Positions 34,285-36,414 of a DNA stretch of 36,414 nucleotides are shown in pieces. The stretch comes from Chiloscyllium plagiosum (taxonomy: Eukaryota). The stretch's first letter is position 1. The number at the start of each line of letters is the position of its first letter. A model generated the notes under the pieces. That model ran no database searches. It saw only the letters and a program-made list of their open reading frames with translations, and had not been told where the DNA came from. The stretch lies in the NCBI RefSeq assembly GCF_004010195.1, contig NW_025214719.1:8991-45404 (forward strand), written 5' to 3'. The translations under genes were made by a program, and so were the position numbers.

Positions 34285-34630
34285 CACGGGATGCCAGCAT
34301 CAAGGGCAAGGACAGCATTTATTGTCCATCACTAATAAACCTTGACGACACGGCCATTTGTCAAGACAAAATGGAGCCAACAATGTTTCTGTGTGTCTGA
34401 AGTCACACTGAGTTCGCACTGGGTAATAATGTTAAGTTTCTTTACCAAAGGCCATCAGCAAAATAATAAATATAAATCTTAACGGTTTCTGGTTTCCATG
34501 AGTGAAATTAGGTTTTATTCTGATTTTTGTCGTTCGTATTTAAGCTCTGTCATCGGCTGTGGTAGGATGTTAAACACTGCCTTGCAGTCACAGCCCGTGC
34601 CTCTGAATTACCCGACTAGTTCAATGATCG
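34285..34630 (-). mobile_element. SacSINE1-like Deu-SINE, decayed (paralog of 29585-29950)
   Basis: GACAGCATTTATTGTCCATCACTAAT...TTTACCAAAGGCCATCAG...GTGGTAGGATGT. Confidence 0.6.
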
Positions 34631-34632
34631 CT

Positions 34633-35428
34633 GTTGTGGTTCTGTTCGCCGAGCTGGGAATTTGTGTTGCAGACTTTTCGTCCCCTGTCTAGGTGACATC
34701 CTCAGTGCTTGGGAGCCTCCTGTGAAGCGCTTCTGTGATCTTTCCTCCGGCATTTATAGTGGTTTGAATCTGCCGCTTCCGGTTGTCTGTTCCAGCTGTC
34801 CGCTGCAATGGCCGATATATTGGGTCCAGATCGATGCTTATTGATTGAATCTGTGGAAGAGTGCTACGCCTCTAGGAATTCCCTGGCTGTTCTCTGTTTG
34901 GCTTGTCCTATAATAGTAGTGTTGTCCCAGTCGAACTCATGTTCTTGTCATCTGAGTGTGTGGCTTCTAAGGATAGCTGGTCATGTCTTTTCGTGGCTAG
35001 TTGGTGTTCATGGATGCGGACTGTTAGCTGTCTTCCTGTTTGTCCTATGTAGTGTTTTGTGCAGTCCTTACATGGGAGCTTGTACACTGCATTGGTTTTG
35101 CTCATTCTGGGTATTGGGTCCTTCGTTCTGGTGAGTTGTCCGAGAGTGGTTGTTGGTTTGTGTGCTGTTATGAGTCCTAGTGGTCGCAGTCGTCTGGCTG
35201 TCAGTTCAGACTACTGCGCCCACTAGGTGGTGTGGCTAGTCCTTTGCGTTGCGGCATGTCCTCATTCCGTTGTATTTCCCTTAGGCATCTGTTGATGAAA
35301 TTGCGTGGGTATCCGTTTCTGGCGAATATATTGTATAGGTGTATTTCTTCCTCTTTTTGCAGTTCTGGTGTACTGCAGTGTGTTGTGGCCCTTTTGAATA
35401 GTGTCTTGATGCAACTTCTTTTGTGTGT
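34633..35428 (-). mobile_element. Poseidon-clade PLE, inverted arm (GIY-YIG endonuclease plus terminus)
   Basis: ORF 34908-35105 NAVYKLPCKDCTKHYIGQTGRQLTVRIHEHQLATKRHD. It is the inverted repeat of 35943-36414. Confidence 0.9.
34669..34708 (-). ncRNA. Minimal hammerhead ribozyme motif in the Poseidon PLE terminus (stem III apparently mutated)
   Basis: Minus strand reads GCA-CTGAGGA-T-GTCACC-TAGACA-GGGGAC-GAAA-A-GTC-TGC: stem I GCA/TGC, intact core, stem II with one mismatch, GTC triplet. Confidence 0.7.
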
Positions 35429-36414
35429 TCACCTCTATCGACAAAACCCTAGCGATAGAAACAATAGCTAACCTGCTGAATATACAGAATAGACAAAAGG
35501 ACGTTGAACCTATCAACAAAGACGGCATACTCAAACTAATGGACCTGTGCCTCACAACACACTTCTCATTCAACAACCAAGTATATGAACAAATCAGGCT
35601 CACCCATCTCTGGACTCATAGCAGAAGCGGTAATGCAAAGATTTGAAGAAACAGTGTTACAGCAAATTCAACCCAAACGCTGGGTCAGATATGTAGACGA
35701 TACCTTTGTAATCATTAAAAACACAGAAATAGAGAACACACACCAATAGAGAACACACACCGGATCATCAACGCCACACTCACAGGAATTCGATTCACTA
35801 GAGAGGAAGGAAAAAAAAAATCAATTCCCATTCCTAGACGTGATGGTACAGAGAAAACAAAACGGATAATTCACTACATATGTACACAGGAAAGCCACAC
35901 ACACAGACCAAGTCCTGAACTACGAAAGCAACTACCCCAACACACACAAAAGAAGTTGCATCATTTCACTGTTCAAAAAGGCCACAACACACTGCAGTAC
36001 ACCAGAACAGCAAAAAGAGGAAGAAGAATAGCTATACAATGTATTCACCAAAAACGGATACCCACGCAATTTCATCACAGATGCCTAAGGGAAAGACAAC
36101 GGAATGAGGACATGCCACAACCCAAAGGACTAGCCACACTACCATACATGAAGAGCATTTCAGAACTGGCAGCCAGACTACTGTGACCACTAGGACTCAT
36201 AACAGCGCACAAACCTACAGTCACTCTCAGACAACAACTCACCAGAACGAAGGACCCAATACCCAGCATGAGCAAAACCAATGTAGTGTAAAAAATCCCA
36301 TGCAAGGACTGCACAAAACACTATATAGGACAAACAGGAAGACAGCTAACGGTCCACACCCATAAACATCAACTAGCCACGAAACGACACGACCAGCTAT
36401 CCTTAGTAGCCACA
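35429..36414 (+). mobile_element. Poseidon-clade PLE, forward arm (5'-truncated RT to GIY-YIG; runs off the window)
   Basis: FTSIDKTLA, LCLTTHFSFNNQVYEQ, WVRYVDDTFVII (35681-35716), PFLDV, RKATHTDQVLNYES, TLPYMKSISE, IPCKDCTKHYIGQTGR. Frameshifted. Confidence 0.92.

Overview
Eukaryotic, repeat-dense DNA, almost certainly from a cartilaginous fish (shark). The inference rests on HE1 V-SINEs, SacSINE1-type Deu-SINEs, CR1/HER1 LINEs and shark-type Penelope-like elements (PLEs). Two assembly gaps are present (3720-4438, 32195-32306). The only host-gene sequence I can support is two paralogous minus-strand first exons of a GPR139/GPR142-like class A GPCR family. The copy at 30397-30763 is apparently intact and ends YYPVLAIVGVP|GTAAGT. 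The copy at about 200-533 is dead: it has stops, a frameshift, and a 13-bp microhomology deletion that removed the splice donor. I found no 7TM-encoding second exon in the 29 kb between them. The DNA on both sides of the intact exon is an old duplicate of itself, which suggests a tandem array of exon-1 cassettes. The rest is transposable elements: a complete but decayed Gmr1-like Gypsy element (PR-INT-RT-RH order, SCAN-like gag, GAGA TSD, tRNA-Pro-like PBS), Neptune- and Poseidon-clade PLEs with minimal hammerhead-ribozyme motifs and inverted or tandem structures, and several CR1, L2 and SINE copies. Family names come from recalled consensus motifs, not a database search. Identities are by-eye estimates.
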